Assembly (NCBI GenBank): GCA_022511185.1
Contig: JAFLSA010000001.1
Coordinates: 1 to 62,828, forward strand
Reading direction: 5' to 3'
DNA: 62,828 bases
Origin: Eubacterium sp.
Lineage (GTDB): Bacteria; Bacillota; Clostridia; Oscillospirales; Acutalibacteraceae
Part shown: positions 1 to 9,711 of the stretch, in pieces
How the letters are laid out: every line of letters starts with the position of its first letter
Position numbering within the stretch: the first letter of the stretch is position 1
Notes under the pieces: model-generated
Seen by the model: only the letters and a program-made list of their open reading frames with translations
What the model was told of the DNA's origin: nothing
Databases searched by the model: none
Position numbers and translations under genes: made by a program

Positions 1-50
1 ATGTTTTCAAGCTGTTTTTCAATTATTCTGAATACTTCACTGATTTCCAT
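1..50 (-). CDS. 5' end of a gene running off the window edge (MEISEVFRIIEKQLEN...), product unknown
   Basis: ATG at 50 preceded by AGGAG on the minus strand (alternative in-frame ATG at 77); upstream GTGACA-17-TATAAT promoter at 156-128. Confidence 0.55.
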   Translation of the reverse strand, partial: MEISEVFRIIEKQLEN

Positions 51-127
51 ATCTGAACTCCTGTTTTCGTTTTTCATAACTGCTTAGTAATAATTGTATA
101 TTACACCTAATATATATAATCTAATGT

Positions 128-156
128 ATTATAACACTCATATAAGCATTTGTCAC
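128..156 (-). promoter_or_regulatory. sigma-A promoter
   Basis: GTGACA-N17-TATAAT on the minus strand. Confidence 0.6.
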
Positions 157-189
157 TAATTTTTATTTTTTATTTATAATTTAATTATG

Positions 190-218
190 TTGATTATTGT
201 AAATTGTTATGATACAAT
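190..218 (+). promoter_or_regulatory. sigma-A promoter of the ddl operon
   Basis: TTGATT-N17-TACAAT with TG extension. Confidence 0.55.
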
Positions 219-250
219 ATTATGAATAATTGTTTGGAGAATAGTAACCT

Positions 251-1321
251 ATGAATAATAAATTAACGCTTGGGGTCATTTTCGGAGGCGTATCCTCCGA
301 GCATGATATAAGCTGTATTTCAGCCAAAGGTATTATATCAAATCTGGACTACAGTAAATATAACATTGTGCTTATAGGTATTACCAAAGACGGCCGCTGG
401 TTTCTTTATAATGATAACATTGACCTTTTGCCCGAGGATAAATGGATATATTCAAAAAGTCTTGTACCTGCTTTCATCTCACCTGATGCATCTGTTCGCG
501 GAATTATCACGTCAAAGGGTGAGGTTATAAAGCTTGACGTTGTTTTCCCTGTCCTTCACGGCAAAAACGGTGAGGACGGAACGGTACAGGGCCTTCTTCA
601 GCTTGCGCAGATTCCGTTTGTCGGCTGTGATTCAACCTCATCAGGCGTATGTATGGATAAGGCTGTTGCAAACGCAGTGGCAGACGCATTTGAAATTCCG
701 CAGGCTAAATGGTGTGCAATCACGCAGTATGAATATAATGAAAATCCCGATGAATTTCTTGAAAGTGCAATTCAAAAGCTCGGCCTGCCGATTTTTGTCA
801 AGCCTGCAAATGCCGGATCTTCGGTAGGTATATCAAAGGCTCATAACAAAGAAGGGCTTGCGAACGCAATGGAAATTGCTTTTAAAGAGGACAAAAAGGC
901 TGTGCTCGAGCAGTTCATTGACGGTTTTGAGGTTGAGTGCGCCGTAATGGGAAATAATAAGCCTGTTACAGGAGAGGTCGGTCAGATAGTCGCTGCCGCA
1001 GAATTTTACGACTTTGATGCGAAATATAACAATCCTCAGTCGCAGTTACATATCCCTGCTGAGATCCCGCAGGAAAAGAGAGACGAGGTCAAGGCGCTTG
1101 CAGTCAAGGCTTATAAGGCGCTCGGCTGTGAGGGAATGTCAAGAGTTGATTTCTTTGTTACAAAAGACGACGGCAGAGTTTTGCTCAATGAGATAAATAC
1201 GATTCCCGGTCAAACACCTATCAGTATGTACCCTAAGCTTTTTGAGGCTGTGGGCGTTTCATATAAAGAGCTTATTGACAGACTTATCAACCTTGCTCTT
1301 GAAAGAGGAGGCAAAATCTGA
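251..1321 (+). CDS. ddl: D-alanine--D-alanine ligase
   Basis: GGxSSEHDIS, FPVLHGKNGEDG, KPANAGSSVG, YDFDAKY and NEINTIPG motifs. Confidence 0.96.
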   Translation: MNNKLTLGVIFGGVSSEHDISCISAKGIISNLDYSKYNIVLIGITKDGRWFLYNDNIDLLPEDKWIYSKSLVPAFISPDASVRGIITSKGEVIKLDVVFPVLHGKNGEDGTVQGLLQLAQIPFVGCDSTSSGVCMDKAVANAVADAFEIPQAKWCAITQYEYNENPDEFLESAIQKLGLPIFVKPANAGSSVGISKAHNKEGLANAMEIAFKEDKKAVLEQFIDGFEVECAVMGNNKPVTGEVGQIVAAAEFYDFDAKYNNPQSQLHIPAEIPQEKRDEVKALAVKAYKALGCEGMSRVDFFVTKDDGRVLLNEINTIPGQTPISMYPKLFEAVGVSYKELIDRLINLALERGGKI

Positions 1322-2142
1322 TGGATAAAAGACCCATTGGTGTTTTTGACTCAGGTCTGGGCGGACTGTCGGCAGTCAAGGCTATGCTTAAATATCTGCC
1401 CAATGAGGACATCGTTTACTTTGGCGACACAGGCAGAGTTCCATACGGCACACGAAGTGAAAAGACAATTGAGCTTTATGCAAAAGAGGATATTGCCTTT
1501 TTGGAAAAATTCGGCTGTAAGCTGATAATGGCGGCGTGCGGTACTGTTTCATCAGTCGCAAAAAACGCAATCGCAGACGTTAAAGAGCCGTTTGTGGAGG
1601 TAGTTACCCCTGCATCTAAAGCAGCAGTCAAGGCAACAAGGAATAATAAAATCGGCGTAATGGGAACGTCTGCAACAATAAACAGCGGCTCATACGTTAA
1701 GGCAATAAAAGCACTTAATCCTGAAATAGCAGTCAGCGGTGTTTCCTGCCCTATGCTTGTTTCACTCGTTGAAAATGACTGGATTGACAGCGACGACAAA
1801 ATTGCCGTTGAAATTATCAAGCGTTACATTGCACCGCTCATCGAAAATGAGGTTGACACAATCATTCTCGGCTGTACTCATTTCCCCCACCTTGCACCGA
1901 TTATTTCAAAGGTAGCAGGCGATAACGTAACTCTAATTGACACGGGATATGAGGCAGTTATGGAGGCAAAAGCGATCTTAAAGAAAAATGAGCTTTTAAA
2001 TGACCCTTCACATAACGGCGAGGCAAGCTATTACATATCTGATAAAACTCAGAATTTTTCAGACATAGCGCACACACTATTAGGAATGGATATTTCAGAC
2101 AGGGCAAACTTTGTTGACTTAAATAATTTTAAACCCGTCTGA
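1321..2142 (+). CDS. murI: glutamate racemase
   Basis: FDSGLGGLS, YFGDTGRVPYG and ILGCTHFP motifs; both catalytic Cys present. Confidence 0.96.
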   Translation: MDKRPIGVFDSGLGGLSAVKAMLKYLPNEDIVYFGDTGRVPYGTRSEKTIELYAKEDIAFLEKFGCKLIMAACGTVSSVAKNAIADVKEPFVEVVTPASKAAVKATRNNKIGVMGTSATINSGSYVKAIKALNPEIAVSGVSCPMLVSLVENDWIDSDDKIAVEIIKRYIAPLIENEVDTIILGCTHFPHLAPIISKVAGDNVTLIDTGYEAVMEAKAILKKNELLNDPSHNGEASYYISDKTQNFSDIAHTLLGMDISDRANFVDLNNFKPV

Positions 2143-2152
2143 TGCTTAGGTT

Positions 2153-2581
2153 ATGAACAAAATACTTTTAGAAATAAAGGGTATTCAGCGCATTGATACT
2201 CAAAGGGACAAAATGGAGCTTACAACCGCCGGCACCTTTGAGGAGACGGCTGAAGCCTACGTAATAAATTATACTGAGGAGCAGGAGCCTCCGACACCGC
2301 CGATTGACGTCTGTGTTAAAATCAGCAAGGATGAAAAGGCTGTTGAAATGACACGCACAGGCGCATTCAATTCCTGCCTGATAATTGAAAAGTCAAAGCG
2401 AAATCTCTGCCATTACGGCACAGAATTCGGCGACATATTAATGGGCATATCAGGCCATACCATTGAGGGAGAATGCACTGACGAAAAGGGCAGCTTTATC
2501 TTTACGTATGATATTGATATGAACGGTGCACTCGTTTCAAGAAACGAGGTCAGAATAAACTTCAGAAGTAATCAGGAGTAA
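2153..2581 (+). CDS. DUF1934 (YwiB-like) beta-barrel protein
   Basis: 142 aa beta-rich protein with HYGTEFG motif, in the usual position upstream of argS. Confidence 0.75.
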   Translation: MNKILLEIKGIQRIDTQRDKMELTTAGTFEETAEAYVINYTEEQEPPTPPIDVCVKISKDEKAVEMTRTGAFNSCLIIEKSKRNLCHYGTEFGDILMGISGHTIEGECTDEKGSFIFTYDIDMNGALVSRNEVRINFRSNQE

Positions 2582-2585
2582 AAGA

Positions 2586-4274
2586 ATGTCAAAAATAGTT
2601 AAGGAAACAGAAAATATATTAAAAGAAAAAATAACGAATGCAATTCTTTCTGCCGTTGATGCCGGCGAGCTTTCACAGGGTGAAATCCCTCAGTTCATTA
2701 TTGAAAGACCGTCAAACAAGGCAAACGGCGACTATTCATCAAATGCCGCAATGGCAGGCGCAAAGGCCTTTAAAAAAGCGCCGAGAATGATTGCGCAGAG
2801 CATTGCAGACCACATTGATTTAAGCGGTACGCTTTTTGAAAGAGTTGAAATTGCAGGTCCGGGATTTTTAAATTTCTTCCTCTCACAGGAGTATTACAGC
2901 GAAATACTCAAGGACGTTTTTGCCTGCGGTGAGGACTACGGCAAGTCTGATTACGGCGAGGGCAAAAAGGTGCTTGTTGAATTTGTATCAGCTAATCCGA
3001 CAGGTCCTATGCACATAGGAAACGCAAGAGGCGGTGCAATCGGTGACTGCCTTGCATCAGTTCTTGACTGGGCAGGCTTTGACGTAAGCCGTGAGTTTTA
3101 TGTAAATGATGCAGGCAATCAGGTTGAAAAATTTGCAACCTCTCTTGAAGTGAGATATCTTCAGCATTTCAAGGACGATATTGAAATGCCGGAGGATGCA
3201 TACCACGGCGCAGATATCACAGAACACGCCGAAAATTTCATCAGTGAATATGGTGATAAGTACGTTGAAGCACCGTCTGAGGAAAGAAGAAAGGCGCTCG
3301 TAGACTTTGCACTTCCTAAAAACATTGCAGGTCTTGAAAGAGACCTTGGCAGATACAGAATCACTTACGATAAATGGTTCAGGGAATCAACGCTCCATAA
3401 CGACGGATCTGTTGAAAAAGTCATTGAGGTGCTTAAGGACAAGGGTGTTACCTACGAACAGGACGGCGCTTTATGGTTCAAAGCATCAGAATTTGGCAAT
3501 GATAAAGATATAGTGCTTATCCGTGCAAACGGACTGCCGACATATATCGTCCCCGATATTGCATATCATTATAATAAGCTCGTTACACGCGGCTACGATA
3601 AGGCAATCGACGTTTTAGGTGCAGACCATCACGGATATGTTCCGAGAATGAAGGCGGCTTTGACTGCACTCGGACTTGATGCAGACAGACTTGATGCCGT
3701 AATTATGCAGATGGTAAGGCTTGTACGTGACGGCGAGACTATCAAGCTCTCAAAGCGTTCGGGCAAGGCTATCACGCTTAACACACTTATTGACGAGGTT
3801 CCGCTCGATGCCGCAAGATTTTTCTTTAATCTTCGTGAGCCGAACTCTCACTTTGATTTTGATTTAGAGCTTGCCGCTAAGCAGTCAAGCGAAAATCCTG
3901 TTTATTACGTTCAGTATGCTCACGCCCGTATATGCTCTATTATTAAAAAGGCTCAGGAGCAGAACGTTGAACTGAGAACTCCTGCTGACGACGAGCTTCT
4001 GTTACTTTGCAGTGATGAAGAAAAGGAGCTTATCCGCCACCTTTCATCACTTACGGGAGAAATTGTTTCATCAGCAAAAGCATACGACCCTGCAAAAATT
4101 ACTCACTACGTTGTTGAGCTTGCGACACTCTTCCACAAATTTTATAATGCTCAAAGAGTAATGTGTGATGATGAGGGCTTGATGCAGGCAAGGCTTTACC
4201 TCTGCCGTGCAGTAAAGGACACGATAAGAAATATATTAACTATGCTTAAAATTACCACTCCTGAGGTAATGTAA
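2586..4274 (+). CDS. argS: arginine--tRNA ligase
   Basis: VEFVSANPTGPMHIGN (HIGH), KLSKRSG and YYVQYAHARICSI motifs. Confidence 0.97.
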   Translation: MSKIVKETENILKEKITNAILSAVDAGELSQGEIPQFIIERPSNKANGDYSSNAAMAGAKAFKKAPRMIAQSIADHIDLSGTLFERVEIAGPGFLNFFLSQEYYSEILKDVFACGEDYGKSDYGEGKKVLVEFVSANPTGPMHIGNARGGAIGDCLASVLDWAGFDVSREFYVNDAGNQVEKFATSLEVRYLQHFKDDIEMPEDAYHGADITEHAENFISEYGDKYVEAPSEERRKALVDFALPKNIAGLERDLGRYRITYDKWFRESTLHNDGSVEKVIEVLKDKGVTYEQDGALWFKASEFGNDKDIVLIRANGLPTYIVPDIAYHYNKLVTRGYDKAIDVLGADHHGYVPRMKAALTALGLDADRLDAVIMQMVRLVRDGETIKLSKRSGKAITLNTLIDEVPLDAARFFFNLREPNSHFDFDLELAAKQSSENPVYYVQYAHARICSIIKKAQEQNVELRTPADDELLLLCSDEEKELIRHLSSLTGEIVSSAKAYDPAKITHYVVELATLFHKFYNAQRVMCDDEGLMQARLYLCRAVKDTIRNILTMLKITTPEVM

Positions 4275-4308
4275 GTTGACGGTAGCCGCCAACTTAGAAA
4301 GGAAAAAA

Positions 4309-5727
4309 ATGGCACAAATCAAGAGCAAGGTACTTCACAAGGTCGGAGACAGACTGTTTAAGTACATCTATAAAGACCCAAAAAAGAATATGCTAAAGCT
4401 CATTAAAATAGGCAAGGCCGTTACGGGCAATATGTACCCTGAAAGCACGTTTACAAAGCCTATTGAAATTATTTCTGACGAAAGCAACATATGGAATCAA
4501 TATCTTTTCAGAGGTATTGAGGACGTTGATGCTGACTTTCTGCGCAGGGCTGCACTTACTTTTGGTATTGATTTGGGCTTAATAGGCACCTCCACACTCA
4601 GGAAAAGACGTGACGAGGAGCATTGCAATATCCCCTGGGTTATACTTATGGACCCGACTTCTGCCTGCAATCTCAAATGCAAAGGCTGCTGGGCAGCAGA
4701 ATACGGTTATAAATCAAATCTTTCACTTGACGATATGCGCAAGGTTGTAAGAGAAGGCAAGGCGCTCGGCACGCATTTCTTTATGTTCACAGGCGGTGAA
4801 CCGCTTATCAAAAAAGATGAGGTTCTTACACTCGCAAGAGAGAACAGCGACTGTCTGTTCCTTTCATTTACAAACGGCACACTTGTTGACGATAAGTTCT
4901 GCGAGGATATGAAGGCCTGCGGTAACCTTGCACTTGCCATTTCAATTGAGGGCAGTGAGGAAACGAATGACGCAAGACGTGGCGACGGCGCATATCAGAA
5001 GACGATTGACGCTATGAAGATGCTGAAAAAGCATAAGTGCCTTTTCGGTACGTCTGTCTGCTACACAAGCCAGAACTATGAGGCTGTTACCTCAGATGAA
5101 TTTTACGATTTAATGATTGAAAACGGTGCAAAATATGCGTGGTACTTCCATTATATGCCGGTTGGCAGTAATGCAGATACAAGCCTGCTTTTAACACCTG
5201 AGCAGAGGGAGCACGTTTACCGCTCTATCCGTGAAAAGAGAGATGCAAAAAAAGGCAAGCCGATTTTTACCGTCGATTTTCAACATGATGCAGAATTTGT
5301 AGGCGGCTGTATCGCAGGCGGAAGAAACTATTTTCACATCAACTCTGAGGGTGATGTTGAGCCGTGCGTATTTATACATTATTCAGATTGTAATATCAGG
5401 GAAAAGAGCGTTCTTGAATGCTTAAAGTCACCACTCTTTAAGGAATATTACAAGGGTCAGCCGTTTAATAACAATATGCTTCGCCCTTGCCCTATGCTTG
5501 AAAATCCGCAGGCACTCAGGAATATTGTTAAAAAATCAGGTGCAAAATCAACTAACCTGATGAAAGCAGAAAGCGTCGACGAGCTTTGCTCAAAGTGTGA
5601 CGATTATGCGAAAACCTGGGCACCGAAGGCAAAGGAAATCTGGGAGGAGCAGGAACGCTTCAAACCGTTCACGCAGTATTACCGTGACACCCCCGAGGGT
5701 ATAGCGGAGCTTAGTAAAAAAGACTGA
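4309..5727 (+). CDS. radical SAM/SPASM-domain protein
   Basis: CNLKCKGC (CxxxCxxC), FTGGEP, C-terminal CIAGG...EPCVF; ATG at 4309 after AAAGGA preferred over TTG at 4276. Confidence 0.88.
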   Translation: MAQIKSKVLHKVGDRLFKYIYKDPKKNMLKLIKIGKAVTGNMYPESTFTKPIEIISDESNIWNQYLFRGIEDVDADFLRRAALTFGIDLGLIGTSTLRKRRDEEHCNIPWVILMDPTSACNLKCKGCWAAEYGYKSNLSLDDMRKVVREGKALGTHFFMFTGGEPLIKKDEVLTLARENSDCLFLSFTNGTLVDDKFCEDMKACGNLALAISIEGSEETNDARRGDGAYQKTIDAMKMLKKHKCLFGTSVCYTSQNYEAVTSDEFYDLMIENGAKYAWYFHYMPVGSNADTSLLLTPEQREHVYRSIREKRDAKKGKPIFTVDFQHDAEFVGGCIAGGRNYFHINSEGDVEPCVFIHYSDCNIREKSVLECLKSPLFKEYYKGQPFNNNMLRPCPMLENPQALRNIVKKSGAKSTNLMKAESVDELCSKCDDYAKTWAPKAKEIWEEQERFKPFTQYYRDTPEGIAELSKKD

Positions 5728-5729
5728 TT

Positions 5730-6446
5730 ATGAAATACAAATATAAAATTGCATACGGAAATATTGTTAAACGCATATTGTATTATATAGTGAGATTCAT
5801 AATGAATCTCACTATTGCGTATTTATTTACCTTTCTTCCGATTTTCTTTATCCCATCAATTACTCAGTCAAAAATAGTATTTATAATTTTAACTATTATT
5901 GTAATAGCTGCAAATATAGCAATGCTTATAATCGGCTTTACTCCAAGAAGCATTGTGCTTGAAGAAGACGGAATAAAAATTAACGGCTATATATTTTGGG
6001 GAGTAAAATATATGGCCTATATAAACATATCATATAAGCGTAAAATACCGTATTGTGATATTACAGACATTGAATGGTTAGTAGATTTTTGTGATGTTTA
6101 CAATAAATATTATAGGAAATTAGCACTATTAACATCGCTTGGGTGTGACTATGATAATACTCTACTGATACGGACAACTAAGCATAATTATATTTTCTCT
6201 GTCAAAAATTCCGAAGATTTTTATGATAGAATAATGCAATCTGTAGACAGAATTAAATTTCTGAAAGAGCTTAAAATTGATGATTTAATTGTCAGTCACA
6301 ATCAGGAATATGGCGATTTAAAATTCCGCTGGAAATCGTCAAACGAGCTTGACTCTGTTTACTATATTGACAACAGCGGTAATGAAATAACGATAGCACA
6401 ATTTGAATATGACCAAAACGGTATAAGGCATATAAGTAATATTTAA
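5730..6446 (+). CDS. hypothetical membrane protein (two N-terminal TM segments, possible bacterial PH-like domain), AT-rich
   Basis: 238 aa ORF; hydrophobic residues ~15-70; visibly more AT-rich than its neighbours. Confidence 0.65.
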   Translation: MKYKYKIAYGNIVKRILYYIVRFIMNLTIAYLFTFLPIFFIPSITQSKIVFIILTIIVIAANIAMLIIGFTPRSIVLEEDGIKINGYIFWGVKYMAYINISYKRKIPYCDITDIEWLVDFCDVYNKYYRKLALLTSLGCDYDNTLLIRTTKHNYIFSVKNSEDFYDRIMQSVDRIKFLKELKIDDLIVSHNQEYGDLKFRWKSSNELDSVYYIDNSGNEITIAQFEYDQNGIRHISNI

Positions 6447-6474
6447 AGGCAGTACGTTAATCCGTACTGCCTTT
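6445..6474. terminator. hairpin at a convergent gene junction
   Basis: AAAGGCAGTACG-ttaatc-CGTACTGCCTTT, 12-bp stem. Confidence 0.65.
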
Positions 6475-7530
6475 ATCTTTGTCAAGTGTTATGTTATTTT
6501 TCTTTGCTATATCATACGCCATAAGTTGAATGGTTACTGCGCTTAGGACAGGATTGAAAAGAGGTATCGTGTCATCATAGGTGATTGAGAGTTCATCTGA
6601 ATCTTCAATATTTTTCGGAATTATTTTAATGCAGTCACCAACTGTTTTTACAAGCACATCATAAAAATTTTCATTAGATGCAAAGCCTATTATATTCTCC
6701 ATTTTTGATTTTGAAAGGTGGAGCTCTCCCACAGGAACGGCACGGACATCCTTATCAAAGGCGAAAGACAAGGCATATGTGCCGTAAATAGCAGTTGCAA
6801 AATCAACGTTTGCCCCGACAAGCAGTAAATTTTCACTGTTGATTTTATCAGCCAGCTGTCTGATTACATACTCCTGTTCGAGAACGTGTTTGATTTTTTC
6901 ACTGAGGGACTCCAGCATTTTCGTTGCTATTTTGATATAAAGCTCTGTTATTATCTGATTTTTTTCCCCAAAATAAAGGGCAAGCATAGAAAGAGCAATA
7001 TATCTCAGCGTATAGCCGGAAGTCGATATTGCACCTTTTTCATTTAAATCAAGGCTCACTGCAAGGCTGTTTTCAGGCGCAAAATTTAAAATTCTGATTA
7101 TACTTGCAGATCTTTCCTTGATTCTTTTCAAGGCTTGCCTGTACTGCTCATTATTTCTATTGTCGCTTACAATTATCACAAGGGTGTTTTTATCCAGAAT
7201 AGGGTTGGAAAAATTAAATTCCGAAAGCAAAATCGGTATACAAGGAATATCAACAAGCACTTCAAAATTATACGCCCCTGCGAGAACACAGCCGTAATCC
7301 GCACCGCTTCCTACAATATACACTCTCCTGATTTTCTCAATTTTTATCCTGAAAAAATCAAAATTAATTTTGCCTGCTGTAATATATTTTTCTAAAAATA
7401 TATTAACAAGCTCAGGCTGTGTGAAGATTTCCTTACGCATAAAATCAGGAAAGCTGCCCTTGTCCGCAACGGGTAATGTTGGTGTAGCTTTCTTTTTTCT
7501 TTTAATAAAAATTTTTGAATTCCTTTTCAT
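6457..7530 (-). CDS. degenerate GlmS-like double-SIS-domain protein (no glutaminase domain)
   Basis: DKGSFPDFMRKEIFTQP resembles the GlmS linker (KGxYxHFMxKEIxEQP); SEF and GEL segments; QLMAYDIA; lacks the C-terminal PRNLAKSVTVE. Confidence 0.72.
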   Translation of the reverse strand: MKRNSKIFIKRKKKATPTLPVADKGSFPDFMRKEIFTQPELVNIFLEKYITAGKINFDFFRIKIEKIRRVYIVGSGADYGCVLAGAYNFEVLVDIPCIPILLSEFNFSNPILDKNTLVIIVSDNRNNEQYRQALKRIKERSASIIRILNFAPENSLAVSLDLNEKGAISTSGYTLRYIALSMLALYFGEKNQIITELYIKIATKMLESLSEKIKHVLEQEYVIRQLADKINSENLLLVGANVDFATAIYGTYALSFAFDKDVRAVPVGELHLSKSKMENIIGFASNENFYDVLVKTVGDCIKIIPKNIEDSDELSITYDDTIPLFNPVLSAVTIQLMAYDIAKKNNITLDKDKGSTD

Positions 7531-7536
7531 ATTTTA

Positions 7537-9588
7537 TCACTTAATCAACTTTGCAACGATTACGGACATATCGTCCCTGTGCCTTGCATCAGTGTGAGCG
7601 ACGGCAAAATCGAGTATTTCCTGTGCCCTGTCGTTAGGACTGTCACTGTCATCATAGCGCAAAAATTCGTCGAGCAGATCTTCACCTATATCGGTAATTC
7701 CGTCACTCATCATAATGATTTCATCGCCGACGCCTAGCACGGTCGTACGCTTTGCAAATTCAATTCCCCTGAGTATTCCCGCCGGCATTGAAGAAAGCTC
7801 GCATTTCGTAAACGAGTTGTTTTTCACAACGTATGACCTCGGTGCGCCTGCCTTGTAAAACTCGCATTTGCCCGTGAATAAATCAACACAGGCGCAGTCA
7901 AGAGTTGCCAGACTTTCCTCACTGCTTTTAACAAGAAGTGCGCTGTTTACAACCTTAAGCGAAGAGTCAAAGCCAAAGCCTGCCGAAAGGAGCTTTGAAA
8001 GCAGACCTGCACCCATTGCACCGTCAAGCGCCGCTCGTCCGCCCTTGCCCATTCCGTCGCTGATAATGAATATCATATGACCTCTTGAATCGTTGATTAC
8101 CTTAACCGTGTCACCGCAAAGCTTACCCTCAGCGCAGTACTGAGCAAAGCCAAAGCTCATTTTAAAATTCGGTCTTTCAATAACACTGATCATAAGATTT
8201 GTACCTGAAAGGTTTGTCCTGATTTTTTCAAAATCACGTCCACAGATTTTTTCAATCTCATTTTTAATTCTCGGACTGTCAAGTCCCCTTGTCTTTGAGC
8301 TTGCTAAAATCTCAATGCGCATACGGTCAAACTTGTCAACGATAACCGAAATATTTTCAGGATAAATATCATATTCACCAAGCATTCGCCTTATCTTACC
8401 GGCAGATTTAAAATCAAAAATCTCAGCATCGTCAAATTCAAATGCCAGGTCGCCCAGCATATCGGAAATTGAAAAAAACTGGTCAGCGGCAACCATTCTC
8501 AGCTCGCTTTCCATCGGCTCAATTTTTCCAAGCTCGTTTATCCTTTCACGCACATCACGCACGCTTTCACTTACCTGAGCAAGCGCAGACGATGCAAACC
8601 GAAGCCTTACAACAAGGCTTTGACGTAAACTGCCGTCAGGTGCAATGTCTGCTCCGCTTTCAAAATAATCCGATATTTTTTCAGTCAGCACCTCAGGCAA
8701 AAGAATCATAATTACAGATGCAATTACAGCTTCTATCACACAGCAGACGGAAAATGCACCCATATTTGCCGCCGCGGCAAAAAACACCATTGAAAGCGAA
8801 AAGCTTATTCCTATACCAAGACTCGATATTGTTGTAAAAAGTCCTGCAACTAAAGCTGAAAATGCGTAAGCTCCTAAGAGAAACATACTGTTTTCCCTGC
8901 TGATACCAAGCGCAAAGCCGAGACAAAGCGCAATTATCAGTCCCATGCTTTGTGAGGCAAAGCGTACCGTAATCAGTATTGCTAAAATTGCAATTATTCT
9001 TGCAGGTGAAACGCCTTTAATTTGAATAAAGGAAAGACCTGCAAGCAGAGCGGAAACGGAAACTAATAAGCAAGTAGTGTCGGCAACAGGAAGAGCCTTA
9101 TATTTAAGCCTTTTTAAATTGCAATGCACAGCCCTGAAGAAGAAAAATGATGCACCGGCAGCCAACACTGACTCGCCGAAGGTCAGTGCATAAGCACCTA
9201 TAACATCGCCGTCTTTGATATTCATAACAATGCCTGTGGAAAGCACTGACAAAAATGATACGAGCATCGGCAGATAAATCTCTTTTCTCGCATTAAAAAG
9301 ATTTATTGCAAGCGTGCCGAGTGCGGCAATAATAACTGCGCTGAAATAACGAACGGCATCCATACTGTCGCAAAAAACTATGTAGCCTATCCCTGCACCG
9401 ACGGCTGAAAACAAGAAATTCTTTTTGCTTGAAACTGTAATGAGCGAAATTGCAAACGGACAGCTCCCTCCGACAACCGACGAAAAGCTCAGTACAAAGG
9501 ACAGCAAAAACCACACACCGCGCTTTGCAAATTCCGTGAGCATAAATTTGTACGAATTTTTGACTTTTAACTTCTCTTTAACCTGCAT
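7537..9588 (-). CDS. spoIIE: stage II sporulation protein E (PP2C phosphatase)
   Basis: ~10 N-terminal TM helices; C-terminal CGD, ISDGMGKG, ATLD, KAGA, MSDG and DDMSV PP2C motifs. Confidence 0.88.
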   Translation of the reverse strand: MQVKEKLKVKNSYKFMLTEFAKRGVWFLLSFVLSFSSVVGGSCPFAISLITVSSKKNFLFSAVGAGIGYIVFCDSMDAVRYFSAVIIAALGTLAINLFNARKEIYLPMLVSFLSVLSTGIVMNIKDGDVIGAYALTFGESVLAAGASFFFFRAVHCNLKRLKYKALPVADTTCLLVSVSALLAGLSFIQIKGVSPARIIAILAILITVRFASQSMGLIIALCLGFALGISRENSMFLLGAYAFSALVAGLFTTISSLGIGISFSLSMVFFAAAANMGAFSVCCVIEAVIASVIMILLPEVLTEKISDYFESGADIAPDGSLRQSLVVRLRFASSALAQVSESVRDVRERINELGKIEPMESELRMVAADQFFSISDMLGDLAFEFDDAEIFDFKSAGKIRRMLGEYDIYPENISVIVDKFDRMRIEILASSKTRGLDSPRIKNEIEKICGRDFEKIRTNLSGTNLMISVIERPNFKMSFGFAQYCAEGKLCGDTVKVINDSRGHMIFIISDGMGKGGRAALDGAMGAGLLSKLLSAGFGFDSSLKVVNSALLVKSSEESLATLDCACVDLFTGKCEFYKAGAPRSYVVKNNSFTKCELSSMPAGILRGIEFAKRTTVLGVGDEIIMMSDGITDIGEDLLDEFLRYDDSDSPNDRAQEILDFAVAHTDARHRDDMSVIVAKLIK

Positions 9589-9660
9589 TATTTACACTTC
9601 CACAACCACACCCCTTTACCACGCAAAACATTATATTTTAAATCAAACGCAAAAATTGTA

Positions 9661-9691
9661 AAAAAATAACAGGCTATAAAAAATAGCCTGT
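9661..9691 (-). terminator. rho-independent terminator
   Basis: ACAGGCTAT/ATAGCCTGT stem with a T-run on the minus strand. Confidence 0.65.
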
Positions 9692-9711
9692 ACAAGTTCA
9701 AAAAACATATT

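Noticed and set aside
251-1321. Possible Van-type D-Ala-D-Lac/D-Ser ligase
   Set aside because: The omega loop reads YDFDAKY as in D-Ala-D-Ala ligases; the context is housekeeping with no van genes.
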